From Chrysochromulina tobinii (taxonomy: Eukaryota): a stretch of DNA of 51,570 bases. The notes beneath the pieces were generated by a model. It did no database searches and was not told where the DNA came from. It saw nothing but the letters and a program-made list of their open reading frames with translations. Positions within the stretch are counted from its first letter, which is position 1, and each line of letters starts with the position of its first letter. Positions 1 through 10,837 of the stretch are shown here, piece by piece. The stretch covers positions 1-51,570 of the forward strand of contig JWZX01002769.1 in assembly GCA_001275005.1 (NCBI GenBank). The letters run 5' to 3'. The position numbers and the translations under genes are program-made.

Positions 1-1
1 C

Positions 2-3000
2 GGGGGGGGCGCCCCGCGCCTCGGCCGCCGCCGCCGCGCTCTCCGCCATGGCCGCCGCCGCCTCTGCCTCGAAGGCTTGCTGGATCGCCATGTGGGCCGC
101 CTCCGCGTGGTCGGCCGCCTCGGCCATGGCCGCCTCCATCAGCCCGTCCGCCATGGCCGCCGCCGTCTGCGCCGCCACCACCTCGGCCGCCGTCTGCGCC
201 GCGGCGGCCGTTGTGCTCGAGAGCGCCTCCGCGAGCGCCGCCAGCTGCCCGCGCGCGGCGGCCGCCTCGGCCTTGGCCTGCGCCGAGCGCACCTCCGCGG
301 CCTCGCGCTGCGAGATCGCAATCTCGGTGTTCTCGGTCGCCCAGTGCAGCGCGCCCTTGAGCTCCATGAGCTCCGCCGATCTCGCAAGCTGCACCTGCCG
401 TGTCACCGCCGCCTCCTCTCGGGCCAGCGCCGCCTCCTTGTGCGCCGCCATCGCCTCGCGCTGCGAGGTCGCGAGCTCGAGCTGTGCCACCTCCACCGAC
501 GTCTCCGCGCGCTGCATCGCCTCGAAGGCCTCGACGCGCGCCGCCTCGAGCGCCGCTTCGGCTTGCTCGAGCACCTCGTCCGCCCAGGCCTTGGCCTTGG
601 CCTTGATGGCGCGGACGGCCTTGACGGCCGTCGCCTTGACCGGTGCTCGAGACGGCGCTTTGACCGGTGGCGCCGCGGCTTCGACTGTGAATTCACAGAC
701 GCGTGCCGCCGCCTCCTTGGTGACCGCATCGGCAATCTCGAGCGCAATCTGCGCCTTGGCCACGGCGAGGTCGCGCTCGAGCTCCGCACAGCGCGTCTCG
801 AGGGCGTAGGCCGCATCCGCCTCAGCCATTGCCTCCTCCTCGGCGGCGTCGAGGGCAAGCGCCGCGGCCGCTTGCACCTCGGCGACCGCCACGGCCTTCT
901 CAGCCTCGGCGACCTCGCGGACGGCATGCTGACGGTCGACAGCGGCGGCGACCGTTCGCCCCACCGCCGCCGCGACGGCTGCCTCGCGCTCCGTCGCCGA
1001 GCGCTCGAGCGCCGTATCGAGCGCCGCGTGCAGCTGCGAGAGCTCGTGCGCGTGGGCCGCGCTAAGCTGCGCAATGTGCTCCTCGTGGCTGGCCTGAGCT
1101 TGGGCGAGAGCCTCGGTCCACTCCTCCGTCTCGCGCCGCACCACTGTGACCGCCTCCTCGCGCGCGTCCATGAGCTCCTCATCGAGCGTCGCCCGCGCCG
1201 CCTGCGCCTCGGCCCGCGCCGACTCGGCCTCGGCCTGCGCCGCCTCGAGCGCGGCCTGCGCCGCCTCGAGCTCGGCCCGCAAGCTCAGCGCCTCGGCCCG
1301 CGCGGCCTGCGCCTCCTCGCGCGCGGCCTCCACCTCGGCCCACGCTTCCTCCGCCTGGGCCTGCGCCAGGGTCACGTCGAGGGCCATCTGCGCGAGGGTC
1401 ACGTCGGCGCCCAGCCGAGGCTCGTCAGCACGCCCACGTTCAAGTTCGGCGAGCAGCGCCAGTCCCGCGCGGTCGCTGCGCCCCACGACGCTCATGTGCC
1501 CGTGCAGCTCGGCCGCCTCGGCTCGCGCCGCCTCGACCTCGACACGCGAGATCATCGCCTCCTCTTGCTCATCCTTCGGAGGGCACGACTCCTCAGCTGG
1601 CATCTGCTTGCCGCGCGCAGGCACGGCGCCCGCCACGGCGCTCGCCGTCTTGGCACACGCCTCGTACTCGGCCCTGTCCACCGCCGCCACGTCCGCCCAC
1701 GCCCCGGCCACCTCCTCCGCCTCGCCCGCCAACCGAGCGCCGTCTCGAGCGATCATTTGCACGCGCTCGAACGTACCGAGCGCCGTCTCGAGCGATTGCA
1801 CCTGGGCAGCGAGCTCTGCGGCCGCCTCGACCGCCCGCCGCTCCATGGCATGTGCCTCCCGTGCGTCGGCCTCCGCCTCGGCCTGCGCGTCCTCCGCCGC
1901 GTCTGCGGCCGCCTGCGCCTGCGCGAGCGCCGCGAGCGCTGCCGTGACGAACTCGGTGGCCTCGGACACTTCCTTCTCCGCTTCCCACTCGGCCTCGACC
2001 GCCGCCGCGTGCGCCTCCGCCGCGTTCGCCTCTGCCTCTTCACGCGAAATCTCGGCCTCGAGCATCGCATCCATCGCATCGTCCCACGCAATCTCCGCCT
2101 CCTCCGCCTTGAGCTCGGCCTCGATCTCGGCGCACTCGCGCTCGTGCAAGAGCATCGCCTGCAGCTCCTTGAGCTCCGCCGAGTGCTCCTCCGCCTCGAG
2201 CGCCGTCTCGAGCATGGCTTCCTTGCTCGCCACGAGCGCCGTCTCGAGCGCCACCACTTTCGACTCCGCCGCGGCGAGCGCCGTGCCGAGCACCGTGCTG
2301 AGCGCCTGCGCGCTCTCGATCACCTCGAGTGTGCCCACGAGCGCCTCGGCCTTCTCTTCCGTGCTTGCCAGCTTGTCGGAGAGCTCTGTGGCGCGCGAAG
2401 AGGCCTTCGCCTCCGCCTGCGATTCATCAACCTGCTGCTGCGACTCGTCAACCTGCTGCTGCAGCGCGCACACCGCCTCGTACAGCGCCTCGGCTCTAGC
2501 CTCGGACTTGGCAAGCGCCTCGAGCGCCTTCTTGAGCGCCTCCGCCTGCGCCGCGGCGCTCGACTGCCGGTCCGAGAGGGCAAGCGCGGTCGCGCGGGAA
2601 GTGGCCGCCGCCTCGTCGCGCGCTTCGTCAGCCTCTAGACGCGCCGCCTCGATCACCTGACGAGCCACCTGAGCCTCCTGCCGCGCCCGTTGAGCCTCTT
2701 GCTGCGACTGTTGAGCCTCTTGCTGCGACTGTTGAGCCTCTTGCTGCGACTGTTGAGCCTCTTGCTGCGCCACCTTGACTGCATGCTCTGCGGCAAGCTT
2801 GACTGCATGCATTGCGGCCGTGGCCGCCGCCGTTTCTTGCTTGGCTGCCGCCGCCTCCTCCTGGGCCGCCGTCAAGGCCTGCTGCTGCGCCGCCGCCTCC
2901 TGCATGGCCGCTGCCGCCTCTTTCTTGGCCGCCATCAAGGCCTGCTGCGCCGCCGCCGCCTCCTGCATGGCCTCTGCCGCCTCCTCCTGTGCCGCCGTCG

Positions 3001-6000
3001 CCTTGGCCTCCGCCTCGGATGTGCTTTCCTTGGCCGCGCTCGCGTCGGCCTTGGCTGCATCGGCCGCCGCCCAAGCGGCCTCCAGCTCGGCCTTCGCAAT
3101 CTCAGCCTCCGTCATGGCGAGTGTCATGGCCTGCTGCGCCTCCACCGCCTCTTGCTTGGCGAGTGTCATGGCCTGCTGCGCCTCCACCGCCTCTTGCTTG
3201 GCGACTGTCATGGCCTGCTGCGCCTCCACCGCCTCTTGCTTGGCCGCTACCGCCTCCTTCTGCGCCGCCGCCGCCTCCTGCATGGCCGCTGCCGCCTCTT
3301 TCTTGGCCGCCGTCAAGGCCTGCTGTGCCGCCGCCGCCTCCTGCATGACCTCTGCCGCCTCCTCCTGTGCCGCCGTCGCCTTGGCCTCCGCCTCGGATGT
3401 GCTTTTCTTGGCCGCGCTCGGCCGCCGCCTTCGATGCATCGGCCGCCGCCCAAGCGGCCTCCAGCTCGGCCTTCGCAATCTCAGCCTCCGCCATGGCAGC
3501 CGAGGCTGCGGCCTTTTGGCCCGCGAGTGCCTCGCGAGCTTCAGCCACCTCGAGTTCGACCAGCGTGCGCACCGCCGCCGCTCCATGGGTCGCTTCGTCG
3601 ATCATCGACGCGGCATGCACCTGTGCACACGAGAGCGCCGCCTCGGCCTGCGCACGCGCGGCCTCGGCGACCGTTACGGCCTTGGCATGGGATTGCACCT
3701 GGGCAGCGAGCTCTGCGGCCGCCTCGACCGCCCGCCGCTCCATGGCATGTGCCTCCCGTGCGTCGGCCTCCGCCTCGGCCTGCGCTTCCTCCGCCGCGTC
3801 TGCGGCCGCCTGCGCCCTCGCCTGCGCTGACTCCGCCTCGATCACCGCCGCCTCCGCCTCCGCCCGCGCCGCGTCTGCCGCGCTCGCCACCTCCACCGCC
3901 TCCGCCCGCGCCGCCTCTGCCCGACAAACCGCCAACTCCGCCTCCTCCCGTGCCTCATCCGCCTCGCTGGCGGCCGCCTCGGCCTCGTACTGGACCTCGG
4001 CGAGCATCATGATCGCCTCCGACATGTTCCCATTCAAGACGCTAATGTAAGCGTTCGCCTGGCTGAGCGCCATCTGCGAGGCATGCACCTGCTCCCACGC
4101 CTCCGCCGTCGACTCGCGCGCGGCGACCGCCTCGGCCGCCGCCTCGGCCGCCTCTCGCAGCGCCGCGAGCTTCGACGCCTCCGCGCCGCGCGCCCTATCG
4201 ACCGCCAGCGCCGCTCGAGCGTTGGCCTCGTACAGGGGCGCAGCGAGCACCTCCCTCTCGGCCGCGCGGGCGGCCTCGACAGCCAATCTCGTATGCTCGG
4301 CGGCAATCTCGCTCAGCTTGGCGAGCTGCTGGGCCGCGAGGTCCTGGGCACACTGCTGTGCCTGAGCGATGGCGTCCGACCTTGCCGCCTCCGCCTCCTC
4401 GCGCGCCGCCGCCATCTCGTTGGCAGCCTCCGTTGCCGTCAAGTCGGCTTTCGCTCGCATCTCCTCCAGCCTCACCTCCATGGCAAGCCGAGCGGCCTCC
4501 ATCTCGGCCGCCTTGGCCGCGAGCTCCGCCGTCACGAGTCTGGCCTCCTCTTCAGCCGCCGCCTTCGCCTCGAGTGCCGCCGCGCGCTCCGAGAGGGCGA
4601 GCGCCGTCGCGCGCACCGTCGCCGCCGCCTCGGCCTCAGCTGCCTCGGCGATCGCCTGCGCGCTCGCCTGCGCCGCCTTGGCAAGCTCCGCCTCCGTCCT
4701 CGCCGCCTCCGCCTCACGACGAGCCTCCGTCGCCGCGGCCAACGCCGAGGCGAGTGCAGCGGCTGCCTCGGCGGCCGCGGCCGCCTCGGCGGCCTTCGCG
4801 CCCTCGAGCAGCGAGGTCGCGCGGGCCTGCGCCGCCTGTGCAGTCGCCTCGGCAGCGGCCGCCTCGGCAGCGACCGCACGCGCCTCCGCTCCACTCTGTT
4901 TCGCCTCCGCCTCGGCCACGTGGCGCCGCGCCGTCTCGAGCGCGACCGTCGCCTCCTCCGCGCGCGCCTCGGCGGAGCACTGCATGCGCGTGGCCGCCTC
5001 GACCGCCGCCCATGCCGCGTCGCGCTCCTGCTCCGCCGCCGCCACCTCCGCCTTGGCTGCCTCGTCGGCGCTTTCCATGGCGCGCGCGGCGGCGGCCGCC
5101 TCCGCCTTCGCCGCCGCCACTTCGTTTCGGACCTCCTCGAGCATCTCCTCAGCGGCGACCTGCGCCTGCGCCGCGCGTGCCTCGCGCTCCTGCGCCGCGC
5201 CGAGCGCCGCGCGCGCCGCCTCGAGCTCCTTTTCGAGCGCGGCGATCACAGCGAGCTGCTCGAACTGGGCGTCTGGCGAGGGTTGAGAGGGTGCGCTGAG
5301 GCTGAGGCCGAGTTGCACGGGTGGCGGCGCCGCTTGATCGGCTGCGGCGGCCTCGGCTGCGGCGGGAGTGGGCGCGCCGTCTCGAGCGCCGGCCCGCGAG
5401 GCGGCCTCCGCGGTCGCTGCGGCCACGATGCTCGCCGTGGCAGCCTCGGCAAGCCGTCTCTGCTGCTCCTCGAGCTGGGCCGCGGTCATCGAGAGACGCG
5501 CCTCGGCACGGCGGCGCTCCTCCTTCTCATGCCGGTAGCGCACCTCGCTCTCAAACAGCTCCGCGTGGCACGCGACCAGCTCGTCCTCAACGGTCGTCCG
5601 CGGCGCGTGAGTTTGGTACAGTGCGTGCGAAGACGAGGGCGGCGGCGCGCGCGGCTCGGCTGGTGCCGCCGCCGCGTTCGTGAGCGGCGTCGCGGGCGGG
5701 CGCGTGGACGGAGTCGATTGCAGGCTGGCCGGCGGTGCCGCCTTCACCGTGCCATTCATGGGCTTGCTCGTTGGCTTGCCGCCGGGCGCAACGGCCGGTT
5801 TGGGATTCGGATGGGCCGCGAGGCGCGCAAAGTGGGCCACGAGCGCAGGCGGCTTGGCCTTCACCTTGGCCTCGCCGAGGCTCTTGCCGAGCGCGGCGGG
5901 GTCGGCGGGAGCCGGCACGTCGGCCGAGGGTGCGGCCACAGGCACGCGCTTCGGTTTGCTCAGCTTGCCGGCGGCGGCGGTGCCGAAGGCATAGACAGGG

Positions 6001-6515
6001 CTGAACGGGCCGCGCTTGATCGGCTCCTTGCACGGACTGAACTCGAGCACCGTGCCCTGCCGAGCGCGGGCCGCCGCAGCTGCGGCGGCGGCCGTGGCTG
6101 CCGCGCTCGATGAGTTCATCGAGTCTACCTCGTCCGACTTGGACGAGTGGTCGGGCGGGCTGATGTCAAAGATGACACCGCGCCGTGGCTGAGCGGCGGC
6201 GGCGGCGGCCGCCCTATCGGTCTGGGCGGCGGGTGCGGGCGTGGCCAGCTGCGCGGGGGGCACGGACGCGGGCGCCGGAGCCGCAGAGGGCGCGGCGTCG
6301 GCGTACTCGAGCTGCTTGGACGTCGTGTCCGCCGCCTTGGGCGTGGGCGCGACGAGGAGGCTCGGCTTGTTCGGCTTCGCATCCGCCGTGGGCCGGGCGG
6401 GGGTGTTCTTGTCGAGGGTTCCGAGCGCCTTGCGCGCCCGCGGCGTCGGGATGGCCGAGACGAGGGCCCCCGTGGGACCGTCGAGCACGTCGGGGTGGCC
6501 TGCTGGACCACGCAT
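2..6515 (-). CDS. Giant Ala/Glu-rich coiled-coil protein (>2100 aa, runs off the window start) with an apparent 1-nt frameshift near 3420
   Basis: ORF 3102-6581; first ATG at 6515 (the listed start is TTG). After ...ADASKAAA the AE-rich pattern continues in the adjacent frame. No stop-terminated ORF is listed in that frame below 4034 although it contains Met codons, so it appears open to base 2. The N-terminus is disordered, Pro/Ser-rich and contains RKALGTLDKN. Confidence 0.75.
2689..2769. repeat. 21-bp coding tandem repeat, about 4 copies (QQEAQQS heptad on the minus strand)
   Basis: gttgagcctcttgctgcgact repeated at 2689, 2710, 2731 and 2752. Confidence 0.9.
3123..3244. repeat. 42-bp coding tandem repeat, 3 copies (AKQEAVEAQQAMTL/V, two heptads)
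   Basis: gtcatggcctgctgcgcctccaccgcctcttgcttggc at 3123, 3165 and 3207. Confidence 0.9.
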
Positions 6516-6584
6516 ATGCCTGAGAACTGGGCCGCGAGAAACTGCGTTTGAAGATGGAAGGCGCGAGCTGGACCTGTTCAATGG

Positions 6585-6617
6585 TCAAGTCAAGTCAAGT
6601 CAAGTCAAGTCAAGTCA
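6585..6617. repeat. (TCAAG)n pentamer array, about 6.6 units
   Basis: Read directly; lies about 70 bp upstream of the giant gene's ATG. Confidence 0.95.
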
Positions 6618-6694
6618 CGAGCACCTCGGTCGAGGCGCCTATGTCTCCCCTCTTCCTCTCCCCCAATCCCCCAACTTATGTTTGACGCCACGGT

Positions 6695-6751
6695 CGATCT
6701 CGAGCCGATTTCCTCTTCGGCGTAAGAGTGGCGCTTATCGGCTCGAGATCG
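6695..6751. repeat. 15-bp perfect inverted repeat with a 27-nt spacer (hairpin/cruciform)
   Basis: cgatctcgagccgat (6695-6709) and atcggctcgagatcg (6737-6751). Confidence 0.85.
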
Positions 6752-7175
6752 GCCCGTTACTTCTCACCTACTTGTTCTCCGAGGGCACGTATGTCAGCAC
6801 CTATGACGTGTCACCTCTAGATGGACCCCCCTCCGCCATCTCCGCCCACTCCCGTCCTCCACTGCTGGCTTCCGGAGCACATTCGATAGGCTTCCGTATG
6901 GTTGTCTGTTGTTTATGTATAGACTTGACTTCAATAGCAATACAACGCGCAACTTTGAACCACCCCAATCAAAGGAAACGCATTCACTATGGAAGGAGGT
7001 GTGGCCGACACAACCCGTTGTAGCACAGGCCGTTAATCGACGTAACAAGCTGTTCAACTCAACGCGCTTTCTCCAGACCCCAAGCACAGGCGAGCCCTGT
7101 GAATAAACTGTGACGTGATCTGTGTACATATGTTTATGTATTGCGAGCGAGAACAGTATCGTGCACATGAAACAT

Positions 7176-10100
7176 TTATTTCGGCGCGAGCCATCTCTCT
7201 TTTGCCTGCTGCACCAGCCGCAACCCTTTGAGCGCGACAAACTTTTCATGGTAGGCGCCAGACCAAATGGCGCGGTCGCCCATGGCCTCGAGGACGCTGT
7301 GGCAAAAGTCGCTCTTCGAGATCAGGCCATCGCCATCGCGGTCGAGGACGCGGAAGAAGCAGAGCATCTCGTCGGTGTCGTCGTTCTTCGCCTGAAGCAC
7401 GAGCCGCTCGTGCTTCCATTGTCGGCATGCGTCACGCCAGCGCGCCCACACGACTTGCTCGAGTCGCTCGAGAAAGTGGTGGAGCGCGAAGCGGTGCTTG
7501 GACAGCATGATCTTCTCGGCCTGCGCGAGCGCTTCGTCTGTCTCCTCGTCCTCAGTCTTCTCCCTGGCCATGCGCCACGCCTCGGTTGCCGCCTCCGCTT
7601 CTGCTCTCTCCTGGGCAAGTTTCGCCTCGGCCGCCGCCTCCGCGTCCGCCTTCAGCTTCTCGTCCGCAAGCCGAGGTGGCGCATCGCCAGAAGGCGAGAA
7701 GGGACAGGATCTCGCTGCCGCCTCCCGCGCCTCCGCCTTCGCCTCCGCCTTCTCCTTGGCGATGCGCTCGCGCTCGACGCGCTCGCGTTCCGCCTTCTCG
7801 GCGGCCTGCTTTTGCTGGTAATGGCTCAGTGCAAATGGGAACACAAGCTTGTGGTAGTAATAGTCGCCCGAGTTGCGCTCCTCCGCCGTCCAACGCCGCT
7901 CGTCAGACGACACTGGCGTCATGGCCTGGAGCGCTAGGTCGAACTGGCAGAAGCTCAGCTTGCCGCCATCCTGGTCGAGGGCGCTTCGGAACTTGAGGAA
8001 CTCGTCGGACGCTGTGGTCTTGTCGAGCGCCTTCTCGAGCAGGCTCACGTTGGCCTTCATCGCCGCAAGCAGCACTGCGACCTTGCGCTCCGCCACCGCC
8101 TTGGCCAGTGGGGAATCGTACGCGGGCCAAGCATGCCGGAGCATCGGCAGCGGGGGGGGCGGGGGTGGCGCCGGCCTTGGCGGCGGCCACGGCGACACTA
8201 CCCCCGGCGACGGCGCGCGCGCAGGCCTCGGGGCAACGAGCACCGCGTTAAGGATACGTTCGAGAGCATCGACATACGCTTGGATGGGTGCGTGTATCGG
8301 AGGATGGGGTGCCTGGTTCGGCGTGGCGCGCCATGCCGCCTCGGCCTGTGCAGCGCCGAAGGCATGGGTGACGATGGCGTCCGTCATCTCAAACGTAACG
8401 TCCACGAACGAGTCGAGCGGGAGTTGGCCGTGCGCATTCACCTGCCCACAGCTGCGCAGGATGTGCCACAGCATGACGCCATCGTCCCAAGCACGCAAGC
8501 CCAACCCATAACGAGGCATCAGCGCCTTCGTTGCACCCGGGCTCCATCGGATGATCGGATCCGCGATCGAGATCGAAGCGGCGGCGGCTCTCTCCTCGTA
8601 GGAGGCGCTGTAGTCCGCCCCGGCGCCGCCGGCGCCGCCCACGTCGGCGCCGCCCATGTCCTCGGCAGCGCGGTCGGCGCTCCGGCGCTCCGGCCAATGA
8701 CCATCGAGATACCTCACATAGCGCGGCGGCGCAAAGCAAAAGGGGAAGGTCGCCATACTCTCACCGACGGCCGTCGCATTCAAGACGTTCTCGCGCACAA
8801 GGCTCAGGTACAAATCGAGGAACGAGGCCCTTTGCAGGGAGCCCGCGATCGCATTTCGCAACGGGCGCCGTGCCGCACTGCCACCCCGGAGGCCGTCGTG
8901 GTTGCACGACGAGCGGCGCCCTCCGGCGTCGCCGCCTTCGCTTCCAGCAGCAGCTACTCTGCGTGCAACGGCTCCAGCTGCCCCACTGTCGGCACTGTCC
9001 CCCTTAGTTGCCTGTGCACTCTCGGCACCCATCTCGGGGTAGCAACGTGTTCGGCAGGTCGCCTCGTATAGTTGGCGGGCGTGGCGCTGGATGAGGTCAC
9101 AATTGCGATACGCTTCGAGCCTCGACCGACGGTGGACCGCACAGCGCTCGTACCTGATGAGGGAGGCCATCAGTCGCAATCAGTGAATGTCGACACGAAA
9201 ACCATGCAATCATCGGCGGCGTGGATCGCGCAGAGCTCGTACAACTTGGGGTTCGGGTGAGGGTAAGGGTTTTGGGCGCTCCGTACTCTTTGCGGTTCGC
9301 GCGGATCGTCTTCTCGCAGTCGGCGATGAGGTTATCGCACCCGGCGGTCCGATTGAGCGCCTTGGTGGACTTTGCCTTCGCAACCACGTCATCGAGGGGA
9401 TTCTCGCTCATCACGGGCTGTGCCGTGAGCCGCATCAGCACATTGTCTTCGTGCCTTAGCTGCGTGTGCTCTGAACCTGTCTCGACCTCCAGCACGGGCA
9501 CGCTCGTGGCAGCCGGCGGGTGGGCGGAACCCAAAGCCGGAGCAGAGGCCGGATTGGAGTATGGAGACTGGGCGGCGGCGGCGGCCGGGGTCTGAGTCTG
9601 CGTGGGCGAGCGAGCGGCGGGCGGGCGAGCGGCGGGCTCGAAAGAGAATGCAGGCTCCTCGCGCATCAACACGCCGCGACCGCGTATGTAGTCCACATGG
9701 GCCTCGCTTGATGCGGCTAGATGCACATCGGTGCGGCAGCGCGGGGTGCTCTGTCGAAGCTGTGGACCCGCCCACCACAGCGCATCTGACGGCGAGCCAG
9801 GTGGCAGACCCCTTGGTGGGGTACGATGGCGCGGTGGGGTCTCTCGAAGGTCACTCAGCGCAGCAGCGTAGACGCTCACAGGCAAGAAGCGGCCACTCCT
9901 TGGGGAGAGGTCCTCGCGCTCAAACCAGTCGGCACGCGGAGAACCGCGGTTGCGAGGCGAGTGAAAGCCCGCCGGGCCACAGGACGCGTGGCGCACGAGC
10001 TGTGGAGATGGGCTTGCGGCTGGCACATCCGGAGGGCTCGCGGCTCGCACTCGTCCCTTCCGAATCATCGCCTCCTGTGGAGATGGGGAGCGGGTCATGG

Positions 10101-10509
10101 GCTTCGACGCACGTGCCGCACGCTCGATCTGTGGGCTGCCACTGGCTGCGGATGTCGGTCGCAAGGCCTTGCGCACGATCAGCGGGCTGCCAACTGTCGC
10201 CAAATGCAGCACTTGAGGGCTGGCTGGAGGCACTATGCTCAAGTGGGGTTTGCTGGTGGATAGTTGCAGCACTGGAGGGCTGCTCGCGCCCTTCTGACTC
10301 CTGAGTGCAGGCTGGCTGGCAGCACGACGCAACGCAGCCGTCAATGTGGGGGCTGTCCTCGGTCGGTGCGGAGATCTGAGCTCCACAGCCATGCTCTTCG
10401 GTAAGGAGCCGATCCTGAGCGCCATCATGTCTTCCGCGATGGTCCTCTTCATGTCATCCGCGATGGCCCACATGTCTTTGAGGCGCAACTGCGGCGAGGT
10501 CGACGCCAT
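7176..10509 (-). CDS. About 1066-aa protein with a disordered N-terminus, coiled coil and C-terminal EF-hand; 2 exons (10509-9287, 9153-7176)
   Basis: ORFs 9097-10611 and 7176-9179 join in frame across a GT-AG intron (...ANRKE|YERCAVH...). Canonical EF-hand FRVLDRDGDGLISKSDF. Confidence 0.7.
9154..9286 (-). other. Predicted 133-nt GT-AG intron of the exon-duplication type, containing degenerate telomere-like hexamers
   Basis: Donor GA|GTACGG; acceptor CTGATTGCGACTGATGGCCTCCCTCATCAG|G; contains a 19/22 copy of the downstream exon start; removal restores the frame. Confidence 0.7.
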
Positions 10510-10837
10510 TGGGACACAAGCTGTAACCGGGGGTTTCACAGCCAAGTTCAGTAAGTTAGCGTTTCGTCGGACGCCGTTGTGGTTGTTTCTCACAACCCAC
10601 ACCACCACCACTCACATGTCCCAAACACATTTCCCGCTCGACGCTGGTTAACGGATGGCAGAGAAAGATGCAATGTACACGCAAACTCGCAGCGCGTTGG
10701 GCGCAAGCGAGCGCGCTCCCGGGGCACCCTCCGCTCACTGAAGGTCGAGCTGCGGTCTAGTCTGGGCGGCGCGTTCGCTCCGGGCGGCACTAAGGTGCGC
10801 CGCACGCGTGCTCGCGGAGCCCATGGTCTCGCAACGC

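Larger units (their letters stand above)
1794..3816. repeat. Intragenic duplications: 1794-1919 matches 3691-3816 (~126 bp); ~2880-3110 matches ~3258-3489
   Basis: Near-identical nucleotide blocks read directly, e.g. gattgcacctgggcagcgagctctgcggccgcctcgacc at 1794 and 3691. Confidence 0.85.

Noticed and set aside
48..6113. Long plus-strand ORFs (77-2638, 1146-2660, 2690-4012, 4083-6113 and others)
   Set aside because: Antisense shadows of the GC-rich Ala/Glu coiled-coil gene; RL/AS-rich translations with no motifs.
6585..6617. ORF translations containing VKSSQVKSSQ
   Set aside because: These are translations of the non-coding TCAAG microsatellite.
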